Made by a program: the position numbers and the translations under genes. From Bugula neritina (Eukaryota; Animalia; Bryozoa), in contig OZ037765.1 of the NCBI GenBank assembly GCA_964035545.1, positions 13,278,698 to 13,342,697 on the forward strand: 64,000 nucleotides of DNA, in the 5' to 3' direction. Below the pieces are notes generated by a model. The model did no database searches, had not been told where the DNA came from, and was given only the letters and a program-made list of their open reading frames with translations. Below, piece after piece: positions 1 through 12,997 of this stretch (position 1 is the stretch's first letter; each line of letters begins with the position of its first letter).

Positions 1-3000
1 ATCATACTTAGTGTGGGACTCCGCTGTCACGTTGTACCGGGTGCCATTATCATGTTGCAATTCACCTTTGAATCTAAAAGAGGTTAGTCAGGATGACTTC
101 AGCTGCTTAATATTTCTACCCTCCCAGAGTAATGGCTGACTGAGACTGTTAATTAACACACTCGCATGTTTTGAAAGATTAATAAATTAGACTTGCTAGA
201 AAAAAGCAATCAAACTGTCAAGTTAATGGCTTTCTAGCTGAAAATAATTCTCTAAAAATGACTTTAGTTTACCACAAAATTGTCTGTAGAAAGAGTACAT
301 AGAGATAATCCATCATGCCTAGTACGCTATTGTTTCACAATGCTACTAGACCTGCACTGAACTAGCTACCCACCACCGTGGCTACAGCCTATACCATGAC
401 TTACTCGGTCAGCTCAAGAAGACGTTTGATTTTCTGCTGACACAGCACCTCATTCTGCTGAAACAGGAACTTGCCGTTGTCAATCTGGAGAACTGGCATG
501 GCGGGTGAGGTTGAATTACCTGATGAGTTACCGGAAGGCACATACTGTTCAAAGTCCCACAGTTTTTCTAGGTTTTGGTTTTCCATAATATAGAGTGCAT
601 ATCTAGGCAAAGGAAGTTGTAACTGAAAGACATTTCTCTAGGAGAGAAAATACCAACTCAGATTAAACTACATAAATCACGTAGAGCATTGGCATGTTTT
701 GAGAACCACATCACCGGATATACAATAATCTCAATCTGATTCTGTAATATCTCAAACATAAGATTTCACACCCAGCACTTGACTAAGATAACGTATATCA
801 AGACACAATTCCACGACGTAAAATCGACACTTCTCAAGCAGTGGCTAAGAAAGATGAATATAGCATTCGGCACCTACTTGTTTGAGTCTAAATGTCTTCC
901 ACCGATACGACGAAGGCTTTTGAGGAAGTCAAGCGTTTCTAGAAACGGATTTCGAACGACCTTGACATAATCTTCAACCTCCCTCACCAGAGAAACGTAT
1001 TCATATAGTAAACTCATATTACCTGTAGAGTAAGTTCAAGTATTAGAAAAGTTAATACAGCAAGGATAAGGAGTGTATAATATAAAAGGGTAAAGTTCAA
1101 AAAAGATCATGTGTCAACATACCGGGTATGTTACTGATGGCTATTTCCAGATAAGTGGTAATTCTGGTGCAGCCAAAAAGCCTCTTTGCTGCATCAACAG
1201 TTTGAATGGTACCACCTTTGCAATCTACAAAACCACGAAGTCCAAGGGTAGCAAAGAAAACCAACATGCTAAAATATTTCTATAAAAATAAAAAAATATA
1301 TTCATTTAAGATTAAAAACCAATGCAAAACTATATATATGTAAAGTATACAAAATTACCTTTTTCACATAAACCGCCGCAAGGAATGCATTTATGTACAC
1401 TGTGATTGAATATATTATTTGTGAGCAATTGAGGGCTATATGTATAGTATTTGGGACACACAAGTATGCATTTCCCTTCATGAAATTTGTTGTAGATATT
1501 TTCTCTAAGACAACCATCTTTAGTTACACATCTTCGTCCTTTGAACTAAAAAAAACAATATAATCACAATTACAACATACAGAAATATATTAAGATACAC
1601 AAGTTCTACATTATAGACACACATATACTGATAGTGCTATATACATTATGCATATGACACACCAGTCAAAAGAAGCAATTCATGAGGAGGATAACAAATA
1701 ACTTAGCTGATTCATGCTATACCCAACTGTTGAAAACCAACAAAATATTATTATCTAAAGGGTCAATTGAGAAAAAATAATCATAATATAACATGGAATA
1801 CTATGTCACCTCCAGTAGCTCCTCGCCATCTTCATTAAACTTTGGGCACCGGTCCATGCACTGATCATCGTGGTAAATTAATTTACAAGCGTGGCATGTA
1901 GCTGGTGAGCCTGCTGTCGTACATCCACCTAGACACAGTCGGTGGCAGCACTTTCCTGTATCATCCGCACATCCAGGGAGATGGTTGTCATCTGATGACC
2001 GTATACAGTTGCACTCTAAAATGAGTAATTTAATGTAGTACAGAGTAATCAGAGTAATGAACACCAGATCCCACCAAGACCCACTGCATGGCAGAGCTCG
2101 GTATACTACAACCTCACAATAGAGGAGCTCTACATTGGTTTACATTGGGTAAGGCAGGAGAGTTTGAAGAGGGTCTCAGAAGAGTCATGTTATCACCGAG
2201 CTGGTAGTCTGACTCAGGAAGTCTAACTAACTTGTTATTTGTATCTGCTAATGAGCATTATTTATTTTCATTTCAGCATTGTTGCAAGAAACTTGGTTGA
2301 GCCACAGTGGTACAAGAAACCACATGTCTACCTGTGAGGTAATAAATTACTGTCTAATATTAGCCAGTGAGCAAATCGCAACCATTAGTCACAGCTACTT
2401 CAAACTATATCCACATGTAACCATTATAACATCAGCATGAAAATACATTCAAGAGTCAACATAGGAGTGGGATGATTATATTCTAAAAAGAGAACGTACA
2501 TTTTCAACTTTGGAGGGAAAGTCAATGATAAGTAGTGATTCTAATATTGATGAACATATGTTATGCTTCATGGGCTATAGAAGTTACAAAATCCACCGAG
2601 AGAAGATGTACTGAATGGGATATAATAAGGCCCTATCTAATCTAGCAGCTACTAGTACTACTACTAGTGCTAGTACTACTAGTAGTACTAGTACTACTAG
2701 CACTACTACTAGTATTAGTAGCAGTACTAGTACTACTACTAGTAGTACTGCTACTACTAGTACACAGCAGCCCCATTCAGTAGCAGGAGAGGTTTCAGAT
2801 ACTACATCTAAGTTAGAAGTAATTAATTATATTAGTAAAATGAGGCCCGATCACAGTACTGTAGCTGGGCTAGACAAAGGGCATATTAGCAAAGCAAACT
2901 ACCCACTGGCACTGTAAACAACTGATCTGCATGCAGCATAGTTTTATCTTCTGAATCACCTTCAACTTGTCAGGTTCTTCTCAAGTCTACTGCCAGCTAA

Positions 3001-4208
3001 TCAATTACAGCGGCTAGGTTTTGTCATATCAAAAAGAGATATTTTATAATCATAAATGTGGCGGCTGATTTACATAATAAAACTTAGTAAACAAACCCTT
3101 TTGGCACGTAGTTCTATTCCAGCAATTCGTAGGGCATTCATCTGGACAGCCGTCGACCAGTGCACAGCCATTCTCATAGACCCGGTTGTTGATAGAAATT
3201 GGCTTATCACCAGAAAAAATTATTCGTTTCCAGTCGACATGATTTTCAAAATAGCACAGCTCTGGGTTTACCATTGCAGCGATGTTTCGTCCAATGTAGG
3301 ACAAATTTGGCAAGGATACACTTCTCAGGTTGTCGTTTTCATACAAAGCCAGAGCATAAGAATGGAACACCTCAGTGCCCCTGATAACCCTGAGGTTGGG
3401 AAAGAGGGTGCCCAGTGTTGGCAGGCCGTTTGCTCTGTATATAATGATGTAGCCGGACACCTCCACCAGCTGGTGCATCGTTACTGCTGTGTAGTTTTGT
3501 TCTGTCACTCTACTGAACATCCATTTTATTACCAGATTTCCTTCGATGATGGAACAGTTCTGTAAAGGCTGCAGGTCGTGAACTCTAAGCCCAATAACGA
3601 TGGTGCCTGACGCAGGGACACAAACTACAAAATAAAGCCAATATTGCCGCCTTAACCTAAAACAATGGGACAAGTCCTAATGCTATTTACTTAAAAGCTA
3701 ACCGCATTGTGGTCACAGCTTAGGGATATTGTGGTTTAGTTCAGCACAGACTATGTTTTTTATATTGTCGTAAACCACATTTCATCTTTATAGCAAAGCA
3801 ATAAACCACAATGTAAAGATGATCAGATAATAAAAACATTGCCTCTCTACTCATTGAATACTGCAACTAAGGTGGTGAAAGTTGATAAACAATCCTTGCT
3901 CTACCACCAACAACTTTACCTTTCCCGCCCCTCCAGCTAGCATCAATATCTTTCAAGAGCTGTGGCGGGTCTCTAGGAGGACGCAAACTTTTAATTTTAG
4001 TAGGGACTGAAGCTGAAATTTTCAAACTTGGTAATTTGGTAGGGAGTAGCGTAGAGAGGTTCTGTGCATCAACAGTGCTTGTGCTATTAGACGTGGAAGA
4101 TGAGTCAACATAGCCAATAGAGTTGAAGAATAAAAGAAAGGATATCTGCAGAAAAAAGGCAGCTCTGTATCTCTGTTTTCTATCCCAGTGAAACCTGCAA
4201 GCTTCCAT
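1..4208 (-). CDS. Insulin/IGF receptor-family tyrosine kinase, 5' part (signal peptide, L1, furin-like Cys-rich, L2); continues past the window start
   Basis: Phase-compatible GT-AG exons: 4208-3920, 3624-3097, 2015-1810, 1545-1359, 1224-1123, 1022-878, 602-405, 73-1. Motifs: NCSIIEGNL, LFPNLRVIRG, NPELCY, CCHRLCLGGC, FKGRRCVT..C, CIPCGGLCEK, GCTRITTYLEI, YALYIMENQNLEKLWD. Confidence 0.93.
2648..2762. repeat. Cryptic ACT/AGT (ACTAGT-containing) microsatellite in a receptor intron
   Basis: Runs of actactagtagtact. Similar tracts occur at about 6355-6388, 7120-7280, 31545-31710 and 43860-43890. It explains the Thr/Ser ORF 2615-2917. Confidence 0.85.
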
Positions 4209-4570
4209 GACTCCAGGAGAGCAATATGACCTGCAAATATAAGAGTTGAGCTGAAGCTGATATTAACCAAACATTCCGATATTGGGGAATCAAAATTCAA
4301 CAGCTGCATCGTACTAATGTTGATTACCAAGTTTCTAAATTATCCTAGGCTTTATATCTCTTCACGGTCTCAACTAATGGCTGGACCACATAAAGTCAGT
4401 GAGTTTCGACTAATCATGAGTAATAGAGCAAGCAACAACATGCTGATACTAAATGAGATCTATTTAAAGTGAGTTGAACTTATGATAGTAGTGTTAGTTG
4501 AAATAGTCAATTATTAATACTTTCTTCTACTTGTTTTTAATCAGTGTAGAATTGAAGTATTAGCAGAGAA

Positions 4571-4614
4571 AGCAGATATTCAATACAGAGCAAGCAGATA
4601 TTCAATACAGAGCA
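4571..4614. repeat. 22-bp tandem duplication
   Basis: agcagatattcaatacagagca occurs twice in tandem. Confidence 0.9.
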
Positions 4615-7600
4615 TGAAATGGAGTCAGCCATAAATATAGCGTTGCTGACAACTTATGTTAACAGCATTTGTACATTAACATCACCATTAAAATGATAAT
4701 TGCTGTAAAAGAGTTTATCAAGAAAAGGTCACCATTAACACAAAGTCTCTTTAATAAAAGGCATACTGCAATATTTAACTTCCATGACACCACTATCTAC
4801 TTTTAGCTATCTGCTTGATACTGACTAATTGAAGTTGGTTGTCAGAGCATGACCAGATACAATATAAATTTACAATTGGTAAAATCTGAAATTATTATTT
4901 ATGTTAAAATTGAGTAATTTACAGGTTAAAATGCAGCTATACACATATTATAGTTTGTAAGGTTAGTAGGAGTAGAAGGTTAGTAGCAGGCATATTAGAC
5001 TCATAATAATTACAAGCAACCTATCAACATTAGCCATAAAGAAATTCTAATGAGAATGAATCTCAAATCCCAAATCAATATTTTAATTTTCCCAACTAGT
5101 AAAAAAACTTAGCCCTTTAAAAACTCAAAGCTATGACCATTAAATTAATAAATTAATAAAGTATATTTTAATATTGATATTGGCACTAATTATACTTTAA
5201 AGATTAGCTGAACAGATACTGTAGGAGCATTTAATAATATAGATAATGGTAATAGTAAAATTAATTCTAAGTTTGAGTTTTACTTATAACAATTACATTA
5301 TGTGCTCATTATTTGATATATTGACTTTAGCTACACTTACTAGTAGTACTTAGTAATGATGCCACTAGCATAGTCAAAATCAGTATATAGTAGGTTAGTA
5401 ATTGCCAAATCAGTTACAAACTTCATAGGTGTTTTTCTAAGTATTAATTGATTTAGTTGTACTGTTTGTAATACTAACATTCAGTAAATTCCACATGTAA
5501 TGATAACACGGTATGACCAGCACCAATATTGAGCAATTAGTAAGATTTTTTTTCATGAATACTCTCATTATTAATGCTTGTAAATTTTATCTTACACTGT
5601 CATATATCAGTAGCAGTATTAATGTGATTACAGGAATAAGTATCCAGCAAGACAAAGCCAACACCTAAACTAGTAAATAAAACAATCTTTTTTAATTTCA
5701 TTTGAGGTTTAATTGAATGATCATCATCATCTCATTCAATCCTAAAGTTATCAAATGCTCTAGCTTAATAACACATATTTTATATATGCTTTGGCAGAAA
5801 CACTCGATTCCTTGATTGCAAAATGGTAGGTCAAAGTACCCTGTTCTGGTGCTCGTGAGAGAACAAATTTCGACACAGCTGCTAGAAGTGGAAGCTGGAA
5901 GTGTAATCATAATAATCAATAATAGTTATAATTGCACTAATAATCATTAAACTTTAACTTGCACTTAAAGCTAACATTATTTATGTTAACACTGACCCCC
6001 AGACTGTTTTACTCAGGCTTACTCTGCTAGAGTTGGTCTCACCAAGTGTAACTGTAATGTTAAATTAGAGGACAAGCTGTTCTTAATCTGTATGATTATC
6101 TTTAACTACAGCGGCTATTGCTATTAAACCATAACAGAAATAAAAAAAAGTTTTGATCTAGACGCAATAAGTTATAGTTATAGGCCTACGCAACGATGAC
6201 ATTGTTATTTTATAGTAAGAGTATCACTATTATGTAAATTTAGTATTATTGTAATTTTAGTATTATTATTTGTATCATTATAAGTATGATAAAAGTTTAA
6301 TTAGAACTTTTACTCATCATGAGTAAATATGAATGAGTATGCAGAAGACACACTCCTACTACTAACAAACTACTAGTAGTAGTACTACTGCAATATAAGT
6401 ACATGGTTCATTAAAAGCTAAAGTAAAGAATTAGAATAATTAAAAACCAAAAAGAATATGAAACTGAAAATGAATATCAATATGAATATTACACTAGTAG
6501 TACTATTACTATTAGTCACTAAACTAGTGTACAATCATTGATGTTTTCATTTCAACTATTACTCTCAGTCTGACAATAACTACTTATGGTTAGCGCATAA
6601 CTATAATTACTATAATTTGAAGAGTTCCTATACGACATACGTATTACTATTAAGTTTACATATCTTAAACTTGGCCTTATGGCTAAAGAGTGATTAATTA
6701 CCGTTAGTGTTACTAACCTTTAGAGTTAACTAATTTTCAATACTAATAGTAATTGTCAATTTGCTAAAAGCAAAACCAAGTGATAGTATTAGCTCCACTT
6801 ACTGTTATAAAATAGTGGTATGCTCATCAGTTTTTATATTTTCATTATTTCAATATATACAAATATTAATATTGCAATCATGACTAATAAATATTATTAC
6901 AATTATTAATATAAATGTTAATTACCATTATAATATTAATTACTATAGCAATAGTACACTAAAATACATATATGAATTAAGAATCAACACAACAGTTTAA
7001 AGCTTAAAGTTAAGCAATGAGAGTGGGTCACCGTGAAACAAAAAATCGAATGGTGTTGTGCAACTACAAGTCAAGTAGTAGCCGTAGCACAGCTTAGTAC
7101 AACTAAAAGTGAGAACAACTAGTACTAGCACTAGTAGTAGCAGTACAACTACAAAGCAGTATCAGTATAACTATTAGTAAATGTATTAGTACTACTATTA
7201 GTATTAGTACTACTATTACTATTACATTAGACTTAGTAGTATTACTATTATTATCAATATTATAATTAGTACTAGTACAACTACATATGTACCGCTAACA
7301 TAATTATGAATAAGTGTTGACATCGTTATCGTGATTTAGATTGTGATTTACTTATACTTAGTCATTTAGCTGATACTGATCGAGTTAGGCATTCGATCCA
7401 TACTCATACTGATGCACTTAGTCTTAGAGTGACACTCATACTCATAGTGATAGTAATAAAGTGTAGTCATACTGATACTTATACCCATACTGATACTGTG
7501 AATGTGATACTGATTTACTTAGTGACTTTTACTACGACTAATATAGTAATAACTAATAAGTTACAAGTTACAGATTGAGATTGACTTTGAGATCGTAATT

Positions 7601-8750
7601 CAATTTGAAATTGTTCTTACCCAACGATTTGAATTATGAAAACTCTGCTTTAAACTTCATTAACCAGTTTAAGCATTATTAAGTGAACTTTAATTTAAAG
7701 TTGCTATATATAATATGCTTATACGGTGGTAAACACAGGATTAATTTTCTTTAACACTAACGGTGTCAGACGGAGTGTAGTTCGATATATTTTAGTGAAA
7801 TTGACCGTTTCTTGGGTACAGATCTGGACTGAGATTAAACGTGTGGAATTGTAACGAAGGATCCTAAATGCGTTCCGAAAGAAAAAACCATATTTTAATA
7901 CTCGAACATCGGGGTATGGGCTAACAAAACTCGTAAACAACCTCTCACGGCTATTGGTTAACATTTATGTATGTCATGACACTGTATTCACCGCATGAAC
8001 AGATCAATTTGTTTTAGCGTATTTGAAGGCAGCAAGACATTACGCTAAGGCTAAGGTCAACCTATACCACTACTTTTTCCAGCAGTGGTATTCTTGAAAC
8101 AATTAATAAATAATGTTTACATTACAATAGCATCAGTGGCATAGCGATAAAGTATTAATACAGTTATATATGCCACGTTTTATATTGTCTAACTTTCGCT
8201 GTAGCTTTAATAATCTCAATACTTCCACACAATGAGTAATGACTGATTTTAGGGTAAAACTTAATGTGAAACTAAATGTGTTAACCTACAAGTACATGTA
8301 CAGCTATACCAATGAACAATCCGACTCTGAGTATCACTATCAAGTATCAAGTATCAACTATTAGTATTCCTATTAGTAAACTGCGTTTAACTAAAAGTTG
8401 GATCTCAAAGTGTAAGACTAATTGGCACTAATACATATAGTTATCATTATTTCAAAAGGGACCTGATAACCAAAATGATATCTTTGTGCTGGAGCATTTT
8501 ATTAACCTGGAACTATCATAAGGATAGAAAGCCCTTTTTACTCTAGAAAGAAATTACTGCCTCATCACAATAGCACAAAGCTTATAACAGGTGACTACTT
8601 TTCTCTGGGATTTTTCTCCATGCATGAAGTTCTGTAACGGCTGCCTCTAGGCCCAATATTTTAGGCATATACTGGTGGTTTTGAACGTGGCAGTCAGGGC
8701 TGTTCAATCTATCTTTCACGTATCAAGGGCATCTGTCACTGTAAAATAGT

Positions 8751-8826
8751 TGCCCCCCCCACCGGGATTCAAACCGCAGACCTCCGGCTTGCAAGTAGGC
8801 GCGATAACCAATTATGCTACAAGAGC
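8751..8826 (-). mobile_element. tRNA-derived SINE head or tRNA pseudogene
   Basis: Minus strand GCTCTTGTAGCATAATTGGTTATCGCG..CTTGCAAGCCGGAGGTC..GGTTTGAATCCCGGTGGG has A-box and B-box-like motifs, but the anticodon stem does not pair. Related copies at 31797 and 32033. Confidence 0.7.
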
Positions 8827-9592
8827 TTCGGGATACTAAACAACAGCCACCTTGATTTAGGGTCATTCCATGCCAACTCAACAAGGTTTTTGAGAATTTT
8901 CATGAACCCGTCTTAGATTTTTTTCGAGACTCCAGTATGGTATTCCAAAATATGTCGATCGAAAAAATATATTAGCCTTTAATTCCTGATAGTTCTGTAG
9001 TTATGGCACTTTTTGTGAGCCAAGGTTGGTAAAAATTCGGTAATTTTTTCATGAGTTTCAGGACTGATGGTCAACTTCATTGATTTTTATCGTGGAGACG
9101 ATTCAAAACAAACCTTTCATAATTTTATGGATGATAGTTCTACATGATTTTAATCAAATTAAGGAAAAAAATCTGTCATAAGTGTTGAGAAAAATTTTCT
9201 GTTGCATTACATTTTTAGACCAAAAAATTGGTAATTTTTTAAAATCATTAATTTTCCGGCACTTAAAACTCTTCTTTTACAAATGGCTATTATCCTGCTT
9301 CTTTTAGCACCTAACAAATATATTATGATATATACCACTTTAAGAAAACTTTCAGCTTTTTACTGGCATAAGTTTCATCACAACTGCATGTTGAAATCTT
9401 AAAATTATGAAATTATGCACTATTTCATAAGGAGAAAACTCAATGTGGATATAAAAGAAATGTTTCAAAAGTGGTTTCATTTTAAAGATGTTGGTATATA
9501 TATTATATTATATTAAAAACTGAATGTTTGTATATTGTTCTTTCATAGAAAAATTTTGGATTGAATTGACAAGTTTTTTCGATATTTCGATA

Positions 9593-9834
<242 letters not shown>

Positions 9835-9928
9835 AAATGAGTGTTTATTAAACGTTACTAGAGTGCTCTATAGAAATAAATCTAGAGCATAAACATTAGA
9901 AGAAATAAAATGAGATTTGATTAATATA

Positions 9929-9994
9929 ATGGCATTTATTACTAGTAGTTTCGTACACAAAAAACGATGTGCACTCGTCAGATAAATTTGCCAC
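9929..9994 (-). ncRNA. Minimal type I hammerhead ribozyme, intact core
   Basis: Minus strand: gtggcaa-atttat CTGACGA gtgcac atcgtttttt gtgtac GAA-ACT-act-AGT-A ataaat-gccat. Stem I is atttat/ataaat plus tggc/gcca, stem II is gtgcac/gtgtac, stem III is 3 bp. Predicted cleavage after GUA, between 9940 and 9939. Confidence 0.88.
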
Positions 9995-10095
9995 TATGGT
10001 TGCTTACAACTATAAAATATTGTAATATGTAAATATACACGGAATAAAGCTAGAAGATCAAAATATAACAAAGAGGTAGCATTGGAAGTAATTGG

Positions 10096-12012
10096 CTATG
10101 TCACAGCATTCTTGAGTAGAAATTTACTACTATGTTTGCATATAGATAAAAAGTCATTGCGCTTATTGAGAGAAGACAACTGTGGCTTATAAAGAATGAA
10201 ATATTTTTTCCATGAGCACAGCTGACAGTTTTTAGTGATGTTATTGTATGGTTGAGCTTTTCTGAGAATTTTCCAGGATATGGTAAAATCCAGACCTTTG
10301 TCTTTTAAGGACCAGATGTGTTTGCTTAACTCAGTTTGCAAGCGCTTGGTTGGGTGCCTGAAGGAAGCAAGGTGGTTGTAGTATCTTGCCTTGAATGCAG
10401 TGGAGGAAATTCCTACATATGTTTCGACAGTATCGTTTGATGGGACGGATACTTTGGCCTGGTACACAATGTTTGGGATGGTGCATTCTCCTGGAAGCGG
10501 GCATGTCTCTACATTTCTACAGTTACAGCCTGCCTGTGATATAGGGGCAGTGTTGCATTTAGTGACACTTTTGTTGTGGGCAGTGATGGTCTGCTCTAAA
10601 TTTGGGCAGCAACTGTAGTTGAGTTTGAGTGTGTTTTTATTAAATATTTTGTGCAGTGGGTGTTTGGTGTGAAATATATCTTTTATCAGCTTGAGGAATA
10701 TGGAGCCGATTTTCGTCTTTACATTACGGCTATAAGGTGGGTTGTACCAGATAACTCGTCTTTGTCGTATGGGTTTGATGCTTGTTTAGGTGTTGTTAGT
10801 GTAGTCTTTGTATTTGAGCTGGTAATTATATCCACTTTTAGCCAACGCATCTTGATATTGTGGGATGGCATTGTTGAAAATAGTTTCATTAGTAGATATA
10901 TCACAAAGTCTGCGGTTTATGGATTCTGGTATGTTTTTCAGTATGCTAGGGGGATGGTTAGACTCTTTGTGTACATACAGAGGAATGTTGTTGGGCTTAG
11001 AGTATGGTGTATGATGTTTCTTGACCAGATCTAGGGTGACATCTAAATAGTCAGTTATCTTAATGTTAACATCTATGGTGATCTTTAGACCATGTGACTG
11101 GAATAATATGCAGAGATCTTTTTTCAGTCTTTCAGCTAGTTGTGGTTTAAGATTTGTTACTCCTAGCCCATCATCTCGATATAGTCCAATATTAGCTTTA
11201 AACTTTTTTGAGATTGTACTTAATAAAAATAAACCTACTAATTCACATGTTTCAGCACCATCGTGTGAGCCCATAGTGACGTCAAACAAATTATCTGATT
11301 GTCTTTTACCCCAAAATGAGTTGTCATGCACCAATATAGATTTTTTTGTGTGCAATATGATATTCCGTTCGTGGTTGCTGACTGTAGTATGCAAGTTGGC
11401 AAAGTCGAGAGCATCTGATAGTAGCTTTGGCGATATAAATGGATAAAATTCCACGATATCGAACACGATAAAAGAGTGCCTGTTTGTGGTGGTTAAATTG
11501 TTAAACCAATGTAAAACTGCAGATGTGCTTTTCCACTGATTTAGGCCAAGTTTAATGCTGTTTATCGTTGAAATAATTCTGTCAAGTAGTTGTTTACTCA
11601 CCCTACCTATCTCTGGTTTGGTGGGGTTAAAAAGCCGGCAGGTGGGGTTAGTTATGTAGTTAGCCTTATGGTTCTTGATAGTAATGAAGGCGGGTTTCTT
11701 AGCTGTTATAGTAATTCTGTCTTTAAGTTCCAATTGTTCAGCCATGGCTTTGTCCTCACTAGTGATGTTGGAGAATTTGTCATTTGATATTTTGTTATAG
11801 GTTTTAGTGATGTTATTAGTTAAAAGTCTGTCATACGATTCTTTATCCATCTTGTAGAAATTGTTGCTTTTATCTGCAGGCACTATTATATTGTCGCTGT
11901 TGGTTATTTTATGCTTGATGTCAGAGGATAGCTTGTCTTGAAAAGTATTGTGGACGTGTCTAAACTTAACAGATCGGATCATGTCAGCTAATCCTTGCTC
12001 GAAACTTTGCAT
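10096..12012 (-). pseudogene. PLE polyprotein: reverse transcriptase, CxCx5C linker and GIY-YIG endonuclease, with one in-frame stop
   Basis: Motifs PADKSNNFY, FDIVEFYP, MGSHDGAETCELVG, LYRDDG, DYLDVTLDL and SNHPP. TAA at 10786-10788 lies in frame with the downstream IWYNPPYS..CNCRNVETCP..IVYQAKV..YVGIS..FKARYYNH. The N-terminus is missing. Confidence 0.9.
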
Positions 12013-12013
12013 A

Positions 12014-12684
12014 GACAAAGACGAGTTATCTGGTACAACCCACCTTATAGCCGTAATGTAAAGACGAAAATCGGCTCCATATTCCTCAAGCTGATAAAAG
12101 ATATATTTCACACCAAACACCCACTGCACAAAATATTTAATAAAAACACACTCAAACTCAACTACAGTTGCTGCTCAAATTTAGAGCAGACCATCACTGC
12201 CCACAACAAAAGTGTCACTAAATGCAACACTGCCCCTATATCACAGGCAGGCTGTAACTGTAGAAATGTAGAGACATGCCCGCTTCCAGGAGAATGCACC
12301 ATCCCAAACATTGTGTACCAGGCCAAAGTATCCGTCCCATCAAACGATACTGTCGAAACATATGTAGGAATTTCCTCCACTGCATTCAAGGCAAGATACT
12401 ACAACCACCTTGCTTCCTTCAGGCACCCAACCAAGCGCTTGCAAACTGAGTTAAGCAAACACATCTGGTCCTTAAAAGACAAAGGTCTGGATTTTACCAT
12501 ATCCTGGAAAATCCTCAGGAAAGCTCAACCATACAATAACATCACTAAAAACTGTCAGCTGTGCTCATGGGAAAAATATTTCATTCTTTATAAGCCACAG
12601 TTGTCTTCTCTCAATAAGCGCAATGACTTTTTATCTATATGCAAACATAGTAGTAAATTTCTACTCAAGAATGCTGTGACATAG
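12014..12684 (+). pseudogene. Inverted duplicate of the PLE linker and GIY-YIG region (open frame, no native start)
   Basis: ORF 11995-12684 is nearly identical to the - strand copy and keeps CSWEKY where the left copy has CSWKKY. Confidence 0.85.
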
Positions 12685-12785
12685 CCAATTACTTTCAATG
12701 CTACCTCTTTGTTATATTTTGATCTTCTAGCTTTATTCCGTGTATATTTACATATTACAATATTTTATAGTTGTAAGCAATCATA

Positions 12786-12850
12786 GTGGCAAATTTATCT
12801 GTTGAGTGCACATCATTTTTGTGTACGAAACTACTAGTAATAAATGCCAT
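12786..12850 (+). ncRNA. Hammerhead ribozyme copy with mutated core (probably inactive)
   Basis: Same stems as 9929-9994, but the core reads CTGTTGA (12799-12805) instead of CTGANGA. Confidence 0.8.
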
Positions 12851-12881
12851 TATATTAATCAAATCTCATTTATTTCTTCTA

Positions 12882-12997
<116 letters not shown>

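Noticed and set aside
2615-2917. Thr/Ser-rich 100-aa ORF resembling a mucin
   Set aside because: It is the translation of an intronic ACT/AGT microsatellite, antisense to the receptor, with no splice support.
4022-4330. Possible overlapping uORF on the receptor mRNA
   Set aside because: A good acceptor (tttgcag) ends at 4231, so the upstream ATG at 4309 is probably intronic.
10786-10788. Programmed readthrough or selenocysteine at the PLE internal stop
   Set aside because: The codon is TAA, not TGA, and lies in a variable linker. A point mutation is the simpler explanation.
12013-12129. N-terminus MQWVFGVKY.. of ORF 10786-12129
   Set aside because: It is the antisense reading of the inverted arm, not the real RT N-terminus.
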